Shown in pieces: positions 18,409 through 28,928 of a stretch of DNA of 64,000 bases (position 1 is its first letter; each line of letters begins with the position of its first letter). The notes below the pieces were generated by a model that had not been told where the DNA came from, did no database searches, and was given only the letters and a program-made list of their open reading frames with translations. This DNA is from a virus: positions 1-64,000 of the IMG/VR virus record IMGVR_UViG_3300032235_000428; one strand, given 5' to 3'. The translations under genes and the position numbers were made by a program.

Positions 18409-21400
18409 TTAAGCAACAACACCATACTCAATATAACTACCAGCACGAACAGTAGTCTGAGTAGCACTTGAAGTATTTTGTGACCATTGGAAATAGAAAT
18501 TCCCAGCATTTACACCATTATGAACAATTCCTTCCAAAGTAACATATCCACCAATTGTTCCAGATGTTGAAGTGAGTGTATTGTCCACAGTAGAATATGC
18601 AGTCGCAACATTAAAACTTAATGTACCTGACGAAGGAGCACTATCTCTTTCTACAATACGAACTAAAGTTGGTGCTGCAGGTCCACTATGTCTCCATTTA
18701 AAGTCGGGAGTTGTGCCAGTATCAAAGAAAACTTCTAGTTTGAATTGATACTTTGTATTTGCTGCCATTGTAAAGAATAATTCACTATCATTATTAAGTG
18801 TACTATCACTGGTTATTGATTGGTCTGCTGTCTTATAAACAAGAGTTCTTCCACCAGCACCAGTTGCATTGATGGTAACTTGTCCAGTAGAACCAGAAAG
18901 ACTTATATTTGAACCAGCAATAAGTGAAGTTACAATGCCAGTCAAGTTTGTTCCTGAACCAGTATAAGAAGTTGCAGTAACTACACCAATAAATGTTCCA
19001 CCATCAGTACAATCAAGTTTTGTCGTAGTTACAACTCCAACACTTATTCCACGAGATGAAGTATTTCCATAACCTAATGTTGTATTCAAATCTTGAGTAT
19101 TTGCAAGAACATTAGATGCTTGAGTAACACCAATAATTGCACTTGGAGACACTGGAATAGTTGGAGATGATTGTGCCGCAGTTGTTGTAAGTGCGATACC
19201 TGCGTGATTTCCGTTCCATAAAATTTGAATATAATCATTGGCATTTACAGTTACAATATACTGCAGTGACGCTAATAAAAGACCATCTGGACCAGTTCCT
19301 TTTGCAACAATGTTATATCCAGAGTTACTGTTTGGAATATCTACTCCATTTTTTCTGAACCAAACATCAACATTTTGAATACTTGTATTGGTATTCCTAA
19401 AATGAAGGTCATAATTGATTGCATAAACTCCACCATAATCAAAAGTAATTCTATTTGTGGATGCAATACTAACTCCATTTGAAGAATATGTATTACCGAT
19501 ACTTACAAAGTTCCAAGTAGAAATTCCAGCATTTGTCTGTAAAGTAGTATCATAGAAAGAACCATAATAACCAGTTTGACCAATACCAGCTCCAGTTGCA
19601 TTGATTGTAACTTGTCCAGTTGAATTTGATACGGTAATACCAGTACCAGCAACGATAGAAGTTACAATTCCAGTTAGGTTTGTACCAGAACCAGAGAATG
19701 AGGTTGCGGTAACTACACCGGCAAATGATGCACCACCACTCACTATTAGATTTGATGCGGTTACGATACCAACAGTGATATTTGGAGTTCCTGTAAGACC
19801 TTGTGATGTAGAAGAAATTCCAGAACTTGTGGAGTATCCAGCAATTACTGCATATGTTGCAATTCCAGATGAAGTAGCATAAGTAGCAATACCCGCAGAT
19901 GTAGAATATCCAGCAATCGTTGCATAAGTCGCAATACCAGCACTTGTGGAATAACCAGCCGTTACTGCGTAGGTTGCAATCCCCGCAACAGGTGCATAAG
20001 TCGTCGTGACTGTTGTGATACCAGACCCAAATCCATTCGAATATGAAATTGTAATTCCAGCACCTGCATAAATTTCATTAACAATTTTTGGTTTATTCAG
20101 AATAGAAGCAACACCAACATTTGAAGTCCAATCACTATTGACTTGTGGAGTTGCACTAATAGTAAATTGTCCATTTGTGTTTGTTACACCAATTGCAGTA
20201 CCAGCAACAATAGAAGTCACAATACCAGTTAGATTTGCACCATTACCAGTATAAGAAGTTGCGGATACAAGTCCAACATTTATTCCAAGTGCCGAAGTAT
20301 TTCCGTTAGTTAATACTGAATTGAGGTTCTGTGTTCCAGTTGCATTAATCGTAACTGTACCAATTCCATTCACAGGAGATACTGAAACTCCAGTTCCTCC
20401 AATAATTTGATTAACAATATTTGGTTTGTTTAGAATTGCAGTAACACCAACAGTGGCATTCCAATCAGAATTAAGTTGTGTTCTTGGACCAGGAATTAAA
20501 TCATAATGAGTTCCATTATGAATTAACAAATCTCCATCTTGAAGATATAAGTCCCCGTTTAATCCAAAATTGGTTGTACCAACTCCAACTACTGTATATT
20601 GCCAACCTGCTTCTCCAGTTGCATCAGTAATTGGAGGTGTATTGGTCGCAAGAGTATATAATCCTTTGTAGATAACAGCACCTTCAATAGTTGGAGGTGT
20701 CTCCCAAGACATTACATAATTACCAGCAACATTAGTAACCTTAAGGAACTTATCTGCAGTTCCTGCGGTTTGAGGTGGGAAATATGTTAATCGTGAATTA
20801 TCATAGAAAGTAATACCAGTAGTGCTACCTGTACCAGCAAAGGATAATCCTTCAGTATTAATTCTTAAATCTAATGTTTTTGCGATTGAACCAATCGGTG
20901 CATTATAAAATCTATACTCTGCGCTCTGTGCAGTATTTGTGAAGTTTTCTCTTGCAACGACTTCTATATTGTTTGCTGCTAATCCACCAGCAAATCCTGT
21001 AGAACCCCATCCAACTGAACTATAACGACTTAAAATATCTCCTGATTGTGATGCACTTGGAGATGCAGCAGTTCCACGACCAGCACGACTAACATAAGCA
21101 GGAAAAACACCAGTACCCCAAGCATCATTAGTGATACGACTTACTGCACCATCATTACCAGTGATATGCAACATACCACCAGAGTTTACGATTGGTTGAT
21201 ATGCTCCATTAGTTGAACCAATAATACTTACTCCACCAATATCACCTGCAGGAATAGTTGGAGGATAGAATTGAGTGCGACCTGTGCGGTCACTATAAAA
21301 TGATGTTCTATTACTACTATCTTCAATTCTTACCGAACGATTGAATATAATATCTGCAGTTGCACCAAGTTGTCCAATATAAACATCACGAGTACTATCT

Positions 21401-23502
21401 TTAATTTGTAAAGTATTATCTCTCAATACCCATTCACCAACTTCTAAACCAGCACCACCTTGAATGTAGAAGTTTCCGTCTTTTGCACCAAGTGCTTGGT
21501 CATTTCCTAATGTTTCGTCCTGTACATAAATCGTACCAGTTCCAAACCAGACTTCTTTAAATCTTCTGGATGGAGAACCCAAAGACCACTCATTAGTCGT
21601 GTATGGGAGAATGTCTGAGTGATTAACAATATTACCACCAGGACCTGCATTCAAAGTAATATCAACATCATTTCCAGTAAGTATTGACATCCCCGCATTG
21701 ACGGTTGTACGAGCAAAAGTAATTACTGTATTTTCTACTGGAAGTGGTGCTCCTACTGCAAAGTTTTTATCGGTAATAATAACCTTATTATATGCACCAG
21801 TACCAATTCCAATAATTTTACTTCCAACTGAAATACCTGCACCAGCAATCACATCATCTATCTGAAGTGTTGGTGATGGAACTTCTTTGAGTTCATAAAC
21901 TGCATATGGAATACCTGTAATACCATAGGTTAAACCATAACTTCCGATACCTAAATTAGCACTATCTCCGTGTTCAAGAACTACATTTAGATTTTCATTA
22001 CCAATGTTAGCAACAATTGAAGAAATACCAGAAATAACAGAACCAACTGGAATGTTTAGTGCGGAAACACTAATTTGATTGTCGGTTGTATTTCCACGGT
22101 CAGTGACTGTATCCAGAGTATCTGCATCCAAATCACCAACTGATACGAATTCTGCTTTATTAATTGTTGAGTTCCAGGACAGAACTTTACCATCATAAGC
22201 AGAAGAATTCGTTGCAAGTCCAACAACATCATCCAGGTATCTAAATTTTGTTTCACCACCACCACCAATTGTGGAGAGTTGTTGTTGGATGCGATTGAGG
22301 AACAGACGATAGTGTTGTTGTAGTTGGTCTAAAGTTACAAAATTTTGATCAAGTGGTGTGAGTGGATCGGAGTTCTTTGTATTTGGTGGTTCATTTAGAA
22401 GTCCTTCTTTGATGACCTCCTGCACAACAACTTCTGGTTCAATGCGAGAATATGTTTCTTTAATAAAATCAATCTTCCTCTCAAGACGATCAAGGTTCTC
22501 TTGAAGATTTCCAACAGGAATTTGATCAATCTCTGCGAATACTTCTTCTCTGAGAGCGACTAATTCTTTATGATTTTCTTGAAGATACTTATCTACATCT
22601 TCTAAACGAGTATCATATTCTTGAATATTCTCACCAAATTTTTTCAGATGTTGTTCATTAATTACAACATCTGCTTTGATATTTAAAATATCTGAAGAAA
22701 CTTTGTCTTTAATAATCCCAACTTTTTCATTGATATTATCAATCCTATAACTCACATCTAAAGAAATAGTTTCAAACTTCTCTTCAATCACTTGAAGATG
22801 TGTAGAAGTTTCTTCTTGAAGTGATGTCTCAAGTTCTACAAATGCTTCATAAAGAGATTTAATAACCTGAGAATATTCTTCTAACTTTTCATTCTCTTTG
22901 GAAACTCTACTTTCTACAATTTTGAAGAGTTTGTTATAAGTATTAGTTGTCCTTTTAACTTCGTCAGAAGTCTCTTGAAGGTGATTATTAAAATACTGAA
23001 GATTATTATCAATAACTTCTGCAATGTTATGTACCGTGATATCTACATCTTCTTTGATACTTGAGATATTTTCTTCTACAACTTCTTTGAATTCATTAAA
23101 CTTTTCACCAATGTTGATTTGATTTTTGGTGAATTGTTTTTTGAATTTTGGTAGTTCATCTTCTATAAGTTCTTCAACAATTTCAGTCAAACTTAAAACT
23201 GTTGTTCTGAATTCTTTTAGATCTTCTTTGTTTAGACCTTTAACCTGATTCTGAAGTGACTTAAAATTCTCATCAAGAACCATCAACTGAGAAAGCATTG
23301 CATTCTCAAGGTCAGTTCTATCCAACTTCTCAGATAACTGTTGAGATAGTTGTTCTACCTTCTCTGATAGAATATTAACCTTATCAAAGTTATCACGGAA
23401 ACGATCATAAGTTTCCGTGATTTCTGTAGAAACCTCTGGAGAATTAAAAACTCCAGAAGTTTCTTTTTTATTAAAGAGATCTGATGGTTTTCTGAGCGTC
23501 AC
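18409..23502 (-). CDS. 1697 aa mosaic: coiled-coil N-terminus, GGGG hinge, fibre/adhesin-like modules (C1q/BclA-like domain near the C-terminus)
   Basis: Heptad-rich acidic first ~370 aa; DPLTPLDQNFVTLDQLQQHYRLFLNRIQQQLSTIGGGGE; then Gly/Thr-rich repeats and YGSFYDTT...GVYAINY domain. Confidence 0.7.
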   Translation of the reverse strand: MTLRKPSDLFNKKETSGVFNSPEVSTEITETYDRFRDNFDKVNILSEKVEQLSQQLSEKLDRTDLENAMLSQLMVLDENFKSLQNQVKGLNKEDLKEFRTTVLSLTEIVEELIEDELPKFKKQFTKNQINIGEKFNEFKEVVEENISSIKEDVDITVHNIAEVIDNNLQYFNNHLQETSDEVKRTTNTYNKLFKIVESRVSKENEKLEEYSQVIKSLYEAFVELETSLQEETSTHLQVIEEKFETISLDVSYRIDNINEKVGIIKDKVSSDILNIKADVVINEQHLKKFGENIQEYDTRLEDVDKYLQENHKELVALREEVFAEIDQIPVGNLQENLDRLERKIDFIKETYSRIEPEVVVQEVIKEGLLNEPPNTKNSDPLTPLDQNFVTLDQLQQHYRLFLNRIQQQLSTIGGGGETKFRYLDDVVGLATNSSAYDGKVLSWNSTINKAEFVSVGDLDADTLDTVTDRGNTTDNQISVSALNIPVGSVISGISSIVANIGNENLNVVLEHGDSANLGIGSYGLTYGITGIPYAVYELKEVPSPTLQIDDVIAGAGISVGSKIIGIGTGAYNKVIITDKNFAVGAPLPVENTVITFARTTVNAGMSILTGNDVDITLNAGPGGNIVNHSDILPYTTNEWSLGSPSRRFKEVWFGTGTIYVQDETLGNDQALGAKDGNFYIQGGAGLEVGEWVLRDNTLQIKDSTRDVYIGQLGATADIIFNRSVRIEDSSNRTSFYSDRTGRTQFYPPTIPAGDIGGVSIIGSTNGAYQPIVNSGGMLHITGNDGAVSRITNDAWGTGVFPAYVSRAGRGTAASPSASQSGDILSRYSSVGWGSTGFAGGLAANNIEVVARENFTNTAQSAEYRFYNAPIGSIAKTLDLRINTEGLSFAGTGSTTGITFYDNSRLTYFPPQTAGTADKFLKVTNVAGNYVMSWETPPTIEGAVIYKGLYTLATNTPPITDATGEAGWQYTVVGVGTTNFGLNGDLYLQDGDLLIHNGTHYDLIPGPRTQLNSDWNATVGVTAILNKPNIVNQIIGGTGVSVSPVNGIGTVTINATGTQNLNSVLTNGNTSALGINVGLVSATSYTGNGANLTGIVTSIVAGTAIGVTNTNGQFTISATPQVNSDWTSNVGVASILNKPKIVNEIYAGAGITISYSNGFGSGITTVTTTYAPVAGIATYAVTAGYSTSAGIATYATIAGYSTSAGIATYATSSGIATYAVIAGYSTSSGISSTSQGLTGTPNITVGIVTASNLIVSGGASFAGVVTATSFSGSGTNLTGIVTSIVAGTGITVSNSTGQVTINATGAGIGQTGYYGSFYDTTLQTNAGISTWNFVSIGNTYSSNGVSIASTNRITFDYGGVYAINYDLHFRNTNTSIQNVDVWFRKNGVDIPNSNSGYNIVAKGTGPDGLLLASLQYIVTVNANDYIQILWNGNHAGIALTTTAAQSSPTIPVSPSAIIGVTQASNVLANTQDLNTTLGYGNTSSRGISVGVVTTTKLDCTDGGTFIGVVTATSYTGSGTNLTGIVTSLIAGSNISLSGSTGQVTINATGAGGRTLVYKTADQSITSDSTLNNDSELFFTMAANTKYQFKLEVFFDTGTTPDFKWRHSGPAAPTLVRIVERDSAPSSGTLSFNVATAYSTVDNTLTSTSGTIGGYVTLEGIVHNGVNAGNFYFQWSQNTSSATQTTVRAGSYIEYGVVA

Positions 23503-23532
23503 TTTTATCCCTAATCTTCGTCATTATAAAGA

Positions 23533-23540
23533 TATTTATT
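23533..23540 (-). promoter_or_regulatory. Late promoter AATAAATA
   Basis: About 30 nt upstream of the GTG start at 23502. Confidence 0.7.
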
Positions 23541-23569
23541 CCATAACAAAAATTTAAATTTTTTGTTTT

Positions 23570-23722
23570 TTATTGCTCTTGTCCACCAAATAATGCAGTA
23601 CCTGCAGCAGGTCTTAAACCTTCAATCTTTTCTGCAGATTTTGCAAAAAGTAATTCTTTAATTTTATCACTGACTTGTGAGGGTGATTCGTCAGAAATAA
23701 TCATGTCTAAAAGATCGTCCAT
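23570..23722 (-). CDS. Small conserved protein after the portal gene (prohead core, gp67-position)
   Basis: Below the ORF-track cut-off: MDDLLDMIISDESPSQVSDKIKELLFAKSAEKIEGLRPAAGTALFGGQEQ (50 aa); late promoter GATAAATA at 23752-23759. Confidence 0.75.
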   Translation of the reverse strand: MDDLLDMIISDESPSQVSDKIKELLFAKSAEKIEGLRPAAGTALFGGQEQ

Positions 23723-23760
23723 TGCTTTAAATTAATCAAAATGTTTGTTTTTATTTATCA

Positions 23761-25428
23761 CTAAACTTGAGTTGACTTTTCATCTGCTGAAGGTTCAATA
23801 GGAACTTTTCCAGATGCACCATTAATATTATCTCCACCAGTTTGACTGGTATCCATTGGCATACCAGTCATTGGATCAATTGGGGCATTAGGATCTGGAA
23901 TAATTCCATCTTTAATTTCTTTCTTAATCAATATATCTTGCTCTACAATTTCTTCATCAGTTTGGCGAAGAATTTTACGACGAACATAATCCTGAGAATA
24001 ATACTTACCAATATATGGTTCGGCAGTTGCAGCCATATTAAGTCTCTCAGTCATTAACTCTGCTTCTTTCAATTCAGAGAAGTGATTATCGTATAAGAAA
24101 TCATATTGGATATGCTCTCTCATAATATTCCAATCTTCTGGAGTAATAATGTTCTTAAGAATTAATTGGGTCTTAAGCATATCATTAAATAAATTTGAAA
24201 AACGCTTTCTTAAACGTCCAACAAATTTAGTAAATTTTAGTTCGTCTCTTAAAATCTCAGATGAACGACCTAAATTAAATCCACCTTCTCCTTCCATTCT
24301 TGATGGTGGGACATTTAACGAGCGATATAACTTACTCTGGAAATATTTAATATCTGTAATTTCTCCAAGATTTTGACCACCAGGTAGAGTTGTGATTTCA
24401 GTTCCTCTACCACCTTCACGGCGAGGTAACCAAAAATCTTCAAGCATACTCATGAATTTTTTATCATCACGGATTTCTCCAGTTGATGCATCATATACGA
24501 GTTTGTTGCGATAACGCATCATAACATCACGAAGATATTGTTCTGCCTTAATCTTAGGAAGATTACCGACATCGATGTAGAAAATTCTACGCTCTGGTGC
24601 TCTAGATAATCTATAAATTACAAGACTATCCTCAATCATTCTAAGTTGATTGAGTGATTTAATTGCTTTGTGTAGATATGAAAGTGTAGTTCCTTTATTT
24701 CTATCTACTAATCCTGAGGTACAATATGAAACTGCATCTCTAGAAATTTTAATTCCACCACTAGTTTGAGTTGAAACTCTACTATTAACAGTTCCAATTG
24801 GAGATTGTGATGATGGATTATAAATGAAGTACTCTTCAATTTCTGGGAATTCATAATCCATTGGATTTTCACTAATCCCATTTAGTGATTTTTGATTATT
24901 ATTTTTTGTCCCTTTATTCACAGATTGTCTAACATAACGCATTTTTAAAGCGTCAATATATCTTAATTCCTGAATACCTTCTTGTGGTTTCTTTAAATCA
25001 ATTACTTTATGATAATAAAGACGACCATCAATATACCAATTCCTATAAATTTCGTGGCACTTTTTATCAAAATCCAATAACTCTAGAATACGCTTAAATT
25101 CTTCTCTAATCTTTTTCTTTATACCATCACTTGCATTTAGATTCGATAATTCTATTTGAACAGGACTATCATTAGTATCGCTTACAATAGCTTCGTTTAC
25201 AATATCTTCAATGGCACTATCACATTCTGGGTGAAGTGCCATTTCACGATATCTTTTAATTAAATCATATTCAGTTCTATAAACACCTTCAATATCTACA
25301 TATGAACCAAAAAAACCACTAGTTAAATAGTGGTCAACCCCGTCCTCATTATTTTGAGGAACGGGGGAAACTACAGATGGAGATGTTTTTTGTTTATCGT
25401 CAATAGAAAATCCAAATAATTTCGCCAT
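23761..25428 (-). CDS. gp20: Portal vertex protein (gp20)
   Basis: LFGFSI, YREMALHPECD, RAPERRIFYIDVGNLP, EDFWLPRREGGRGTEITTLPGGQNLG. Confidence 0.99.
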   Translation of the reverse strand: MAKLFGFSIDDKQKTSPSVVSPVPQNNEDGVDHYLTSGFFGSYVDIEGVYRTEYDLIKRYREMALHPECDSAIEDIVNEAIVSDTNDSPVQIELSNLNASDGIKKKIREEFKRILELLDFDKKCHEIYRNWYIDGRLYYHKVIDLKKPQEGIQELRYIDALKMRYVRQSVNKGTKNNNQKSLNGISENPMDYEFPEIEEYFIYNPSSQSPIGTVNSRVSTQTSGGIKISRDAVSYCTSGLVDRNKGTTLSYLHKAIKSLNQLRMIEDSLVIYRLSRAPERRIFYIDVGNLPKIKAEQYLRDVMMRYRNKLVYDASTGEIRDDKKFMSMLEDFWLPRREGGRGTEITTLPGGQNLGEITDIKYFQSKLYRSLNVPPSRMEGEGGFNLGRSSEILRDELKFTKFVGRLRKRFSNLFNDMLKTQLILKNIITPEDWNIMREHIQYDFLYDNHFSELKEAELMTERLNMAATAEPYIGKYYSQDYVRRKILRQTDEEIVEQDILIKKEIKDGIIPDPNAPIDPMTGMPMDTSQTGGDNINGASGKVPIEPSADEKSTQV

Positions 25429-25455
25429 TATTAAAGTTGTACTAAATTGATATAC

Positions 25456-25463
25456 TATTTATT
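25456..25463 (-). promoter_or_regulatory. Late promoter AATAAATA (gp20)
   Basis: Overlaps the gp19 stop codon. Confidence 0.7.
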
Positions 25464-26067
25464 ATACAATCTCAGTTCCATTTTGATCGCCAGTAGTACC
25501 AGCAGACCACCACTGAACTTGGAATTCTACAGTAAATTCTTCAATTGTATCTGAAGTGTCGTAAGATAATTCAATTTGAGATACGTTTGTTGGGAATATA
25601 TCGTAGAATTTGTACACTCTTAATGGATTGTGTGATGCTGAATTTGTATTTGACGTGGATTCCTTAGTTTGACCTCTTCCAAGTTGATACACATAAGCAT
25701 CAACCATGTAAGATGCTGGTCTGGTAGCACCAGTTCCATTGCTCAATTTATTCATCTGGTTCATCCACTGCTCAAATTTTGTCCTTAACTGGAAATCTTC
25801 ATCATTAATAACAGTTACTGTCCAGGTATCAAAAGTCCTGTCACCAGCAACTTTCAAAATACGTCCTCTGAAAGGAACATCAATTGGGGCAACGTTTGAT
25901 GCTGGTAATGCGGCAGCTTTGCATAAGAAGTTAAACTTCTCATCATTCCAACCATTTACAAAAGATGGGAATGATGGAATTGCAACTTCAAATAGATTGG
26001 GTCTTGCTGCACCACCAGCAAGTTGAGATTTGAAATCGGTGATTGTTCTAATGTTTCTCGCTGTCAT
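25462..26067 (-). CDS. gp19: Tail tube protein (gp19)
   Basis: GGAARPNLFEV, FRGRILKVAGDRTFDTWTVTVINDEDF, IEEFTVEFQVQWW. Confidence 0.97.
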   Translation of the reverse strand: MTARNIRTITDFKSQLAGGAARPNLFEVAIPSFPSFVNGWNDEKFNFLCKAAALPASNVAPIDVPFRGRILKVAGDRTFDTWTVTVINDEDFQLRTKFEQWMNQMNKLSNGTGATRPASYMVDAYVYQLGRGQTKESTSNTNSASHNPLRVYKFYDIFPTNVSQIELSYDTSDTIEEFTVEFQVQWWSAGTTGDQNGTEIV

Positions 26068-26100
26068 TTTAGGTTCCTCCTTTAGTGTTAATTAAAATAA

Positions 26101-28842
26101 TTAAACTCTTCCAGCGACTTCTTCAAAGCTAACACCTGTACGGGTAGCAACAAAAGTAAGAGTTATGTAATTAATTGATTTCGCAGGCTTCAGATAAATG
26201 TCTGCTCTAAATTCATTGTTATCAATTACATCAGGAGTGTTATTTGTTTCATCACAAACTACGAGATAGTCATAAACACCTCTCTTTGCTTGAACATCAC
26301 GTAAATAAGGTTCCACAATGTTAACAAAGTTTGCTCTTGTTAACTGATCATTAAACTCAAATAGTTGAGATTGTGCTGCTTTTTCTAGTGCTTGCTCAAT
26401 AGTTAAGAATAATCTGCGAACGTTAATTCTATCAAAAGCAGATTGATAAGCAAGAGCAGTCTTATCACCGAACAAGATGATACCACCACCAGGTTGATTG
26501 ATGATGCTATTAACTCTTGCTGGATATAATCTATCTCTTTGTGCTTTATTTGGGTTATATGATAATTTAATTGCATTTAATATGTTGCCTCTTTGTTGTC
26601 CTGCAGGGGAGAACCAAGGATATGCAACAATATTAGTTCTGCACATTAATCCAGCAATATCAGCATTACATGGAATATATCTAAACAGATTATTAAATCT
26701 ATCGTAAGTATACTTATACCCACTATCAAATACCGCATATGATGACGAGGTTAATGCACTGAAGAATTCAATAATATTTTCAGTTTGCGTATTTGAGTTA
26801 GTGATATCAACTACGCTTCCTCTATGAGGAGAAATAACAGCAACACAATCCTTTCTCGCTTCAGCAATAGCAATCAAATTATTTGCCTTTGCTTGAGAAT
26901 CTGCAATATCATCTAATCCAGGACCATTAATTAAATAGTCCACTGCAATCTCATCTCTATTATCAAATAATCTGTAAGAGGACTGAATATCACCTAACGA
27001 TGCTTTAAATCCTCCAGTTACACTATAATCAACACCGTTAGTTAAGTTATAGCAAACAGGACCAACAGAACTGAAAACTACATCTTGAGCATTTTCATCC
27101 CATAAACCTGCTGCAGTGCTATAGACTGAAAAACTAGTTGAAAATCCAGTAGAAGTTGGAGTTGTGCGATGATAATTATCAATACTTTGTGATGGATTTG
27201 ATCCAGCGTAAATATATTTTGAATAATTTGCAAGATAGTTCTTATACCAAATCTTTTGTGGGGAATTTACACTTGAAATCGTATCAGCAGCTTTTGATAA
27301 ATTAACATGCTTTTCAAGAATACTTCCTTGAATACCAGTTACATCTCCACTATCATCAACTAATACGACATGCAATCCATCATTTCTACCGTTTCTTTCA
27401 GCAACGTAATTGTTTGTTGTTGGTTTTGGTGCGATAGATTTCCAATAAACTATGGAGTTGTCTAATCCTAAAGTTTGCTCACCATACCAGTCTACAGCAT
27501 CAATGACCTCAACTCTTGCCTGTGATTCAGTAACTGTTAAGATGATCTTGTCATCTCTCAATGTGCTTACTGTTAATATTAGGTTATTTGCTGGAGTTGA
27601 ACCTCCAATAGAAGTTCCAGCAATACTTACAGTAGTTCCAACTCCATAAGATCCACCTGGATTGGTGATACTTACAGTACTAATACCACCAACACCATCT
27701 CTGAAGACTGTGAATAAAGCACCAGTTCCAAGAGTACTTACACCAGAAACTGATGAATAAGTTGTATTTGCTTGTGCAAGTAATGTAGTTGCCGCACCAA
27801 CAGTGATTTGATTAATTGCACCATTTGTTAGACTATACCCACCTACTGAAGTTCCAGGTATAGTGATAGTTGCTCCTACAGTATAACCAAGTCCAGAATT
27901 AACTACAACTGCTGATTGTACACCACCATTTGTATTATTTCTAGTAATGTTGAATGTCGCTCCTGAAGCAGAACCAGAAGAGGTTCCAGCAACTCCAGTA
28001 TAAACTTCACCTTGTTCACCATCAATAACACTGAAAGTAGTAACTCCAACTGAACCAACGGAATCCTGTGGTGATACTAAATTTCCAATGTTATTGATTG
28101 AATTGATTCTATTTCCAACTAGGAATGATGCAAATTGATTATTTTCAGCATAATCAATTGGGTATTCAGTTCCAGCTGCAGAAACTCTAGAAATAATCTT
28201 TACAGCAATATCAGATTTATTTGATGCTAAAGATTTTGGGGTTATTTTTGTAACAATACCTTTTAAATAACCGTTAAAAACTGCTGTAGTTCCAGTTCCA
28301 GGAATTACATTTCCAGAAATGTCTACGGTTACTCCATATCCAACTTGAAATCCTAAATTTTCAGGATTAGTTGTTCCTATACCAATAATTTGATCTGCTA
28401 AATCATCGATGATACAGACTTTTAAATTGTTAGCCCAAAATCCTGGATCTTTTGCTGCAAAATAAAAACTCGATGATGTGGTTGAATAATTCGTTAGATA
28501 ATCATCAAAATTTTTGATTTTAACATCTATTGATGATCCACCAACAGAAACGTTAGAATTCTTTAATTCTGCACCATCAGTTCTAACAACTTTTAAAATA
28601 CCACCATATGAGAGATATGATGATGCACTCATCCAATATTCGTATTGGTTATCTCTAGATGTTGGTGAACCAAAAACATCTAATAATTGTTGCTCTGTAG
28701 TAATGTCAGTTGGTTCATTTACTGGACCCTTTTTAAAAGGTCCTGCAATAGCACCAATATTATCTAATACGTTTTCAGCTCTCCCAACAGTTAAGTCAAC
28801 TTCCCTGACTAATATACCAGGAGATAATTGAGGAGTTGCCAT
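26101..28842 (-). CDS. gp18: Tail sheath protein (gp18), enlarged by an internal insertion
   Basis: SPGILVREVDLT, PWFSPAGQQRG, FGDKT, FDRINVRRLF, IYLKPAKSINYITLTFVATRTGVSFEE. Confidence 0.97.
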   Translation of the reverse strand: MATPQLSPGILVREVDLTVGRAENVLDNIGAIAGPFKKGPVNEPTDITTEQQLLDVFGSPTSRDNQYEYWMSASSYLSYGGILKVVRTDGAELKNSNVSVGGSSIDVKIKNFDDYLTNYSTTSSSFYFAAKDPGFWANNLKVCIIDDLADQIIGIGTTNPENLGFQVGYGVTVDISGNVIPGTGTTAVFNGYLKGIVTKITPKSLASNKSDIAVKIISRVSAAGTEYPIDYAENNQFASFLVGNRINSINNIGNLVSPQDSVGSVGVTTFSVIDGEQGEVYTGVAGTSSGSASGATFNITRNNTNGGVQSAVVVNSGLGYTVGATITIPGTSVGGYSLTNGAINQITVGAATTLLAQANTTYSSVSGVSTLGTGALFTVFRDGVGGISTVSITNPGGSYGVGTTVSIAGTSIGGSTPANNLILTVSTLRDDKIILTVTESQARVEVIDAVDWYGEQTLGLDNSIVYWKSIAPKPTTNNYVAERNGRNDGLHVVLVDDSGDVTGIQGSILEKHVNLSKAADTISSVNSPQKIWYKNYLANYSKYIYAGSNPSQSIDNYHRTTPTSTGFSTSFSVYSTAAGLWDENAQDVVFSSVGPVCYNLTNGVDYSVTGGFKASLGDIQSSYRLFDNRDEIAVDYLINGPGLDDIADSQAKANNLIAIAEARKDCVAVISPHRGSVVDITNSNTQTENIIEFFSALTSSSYAVFDSGYKYTYDRFNNLFRYIPCNADIAGLMCRTNIVAYPWFSPAGQQRGNILNAIKLSYNPNKAQRDRLYPARVNSIINQPGGGIILFGDKTALAYQSAFDRINVRRLFLTIEQALEKAAQSQLFEFNDQLTRANFVNIVEPYLRDVQAKRGVYDYLVVCDETNNTPDVIDNNEFRADIYLKPAKSINYITLTFVATRTGVSFEEVAGRV

Positions 28843-28877
28843 GTTTTGCTCCTAAGTCTCAGATTTGCTCTAAAAAA

Positions 28878-28885
28878 TATTTATT
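28878..28885 (-). promoter_or_regulatory. Late promoter AATAAATA (gp18-gp19)
   Basis: Upstream of an AGGAG RBS. Confidence 0.75.
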
Positions 28886-28928
28886 AAAAACTTACTTTAC
28901 GTGGGGGAAATTGGACGTGAACAACCAA

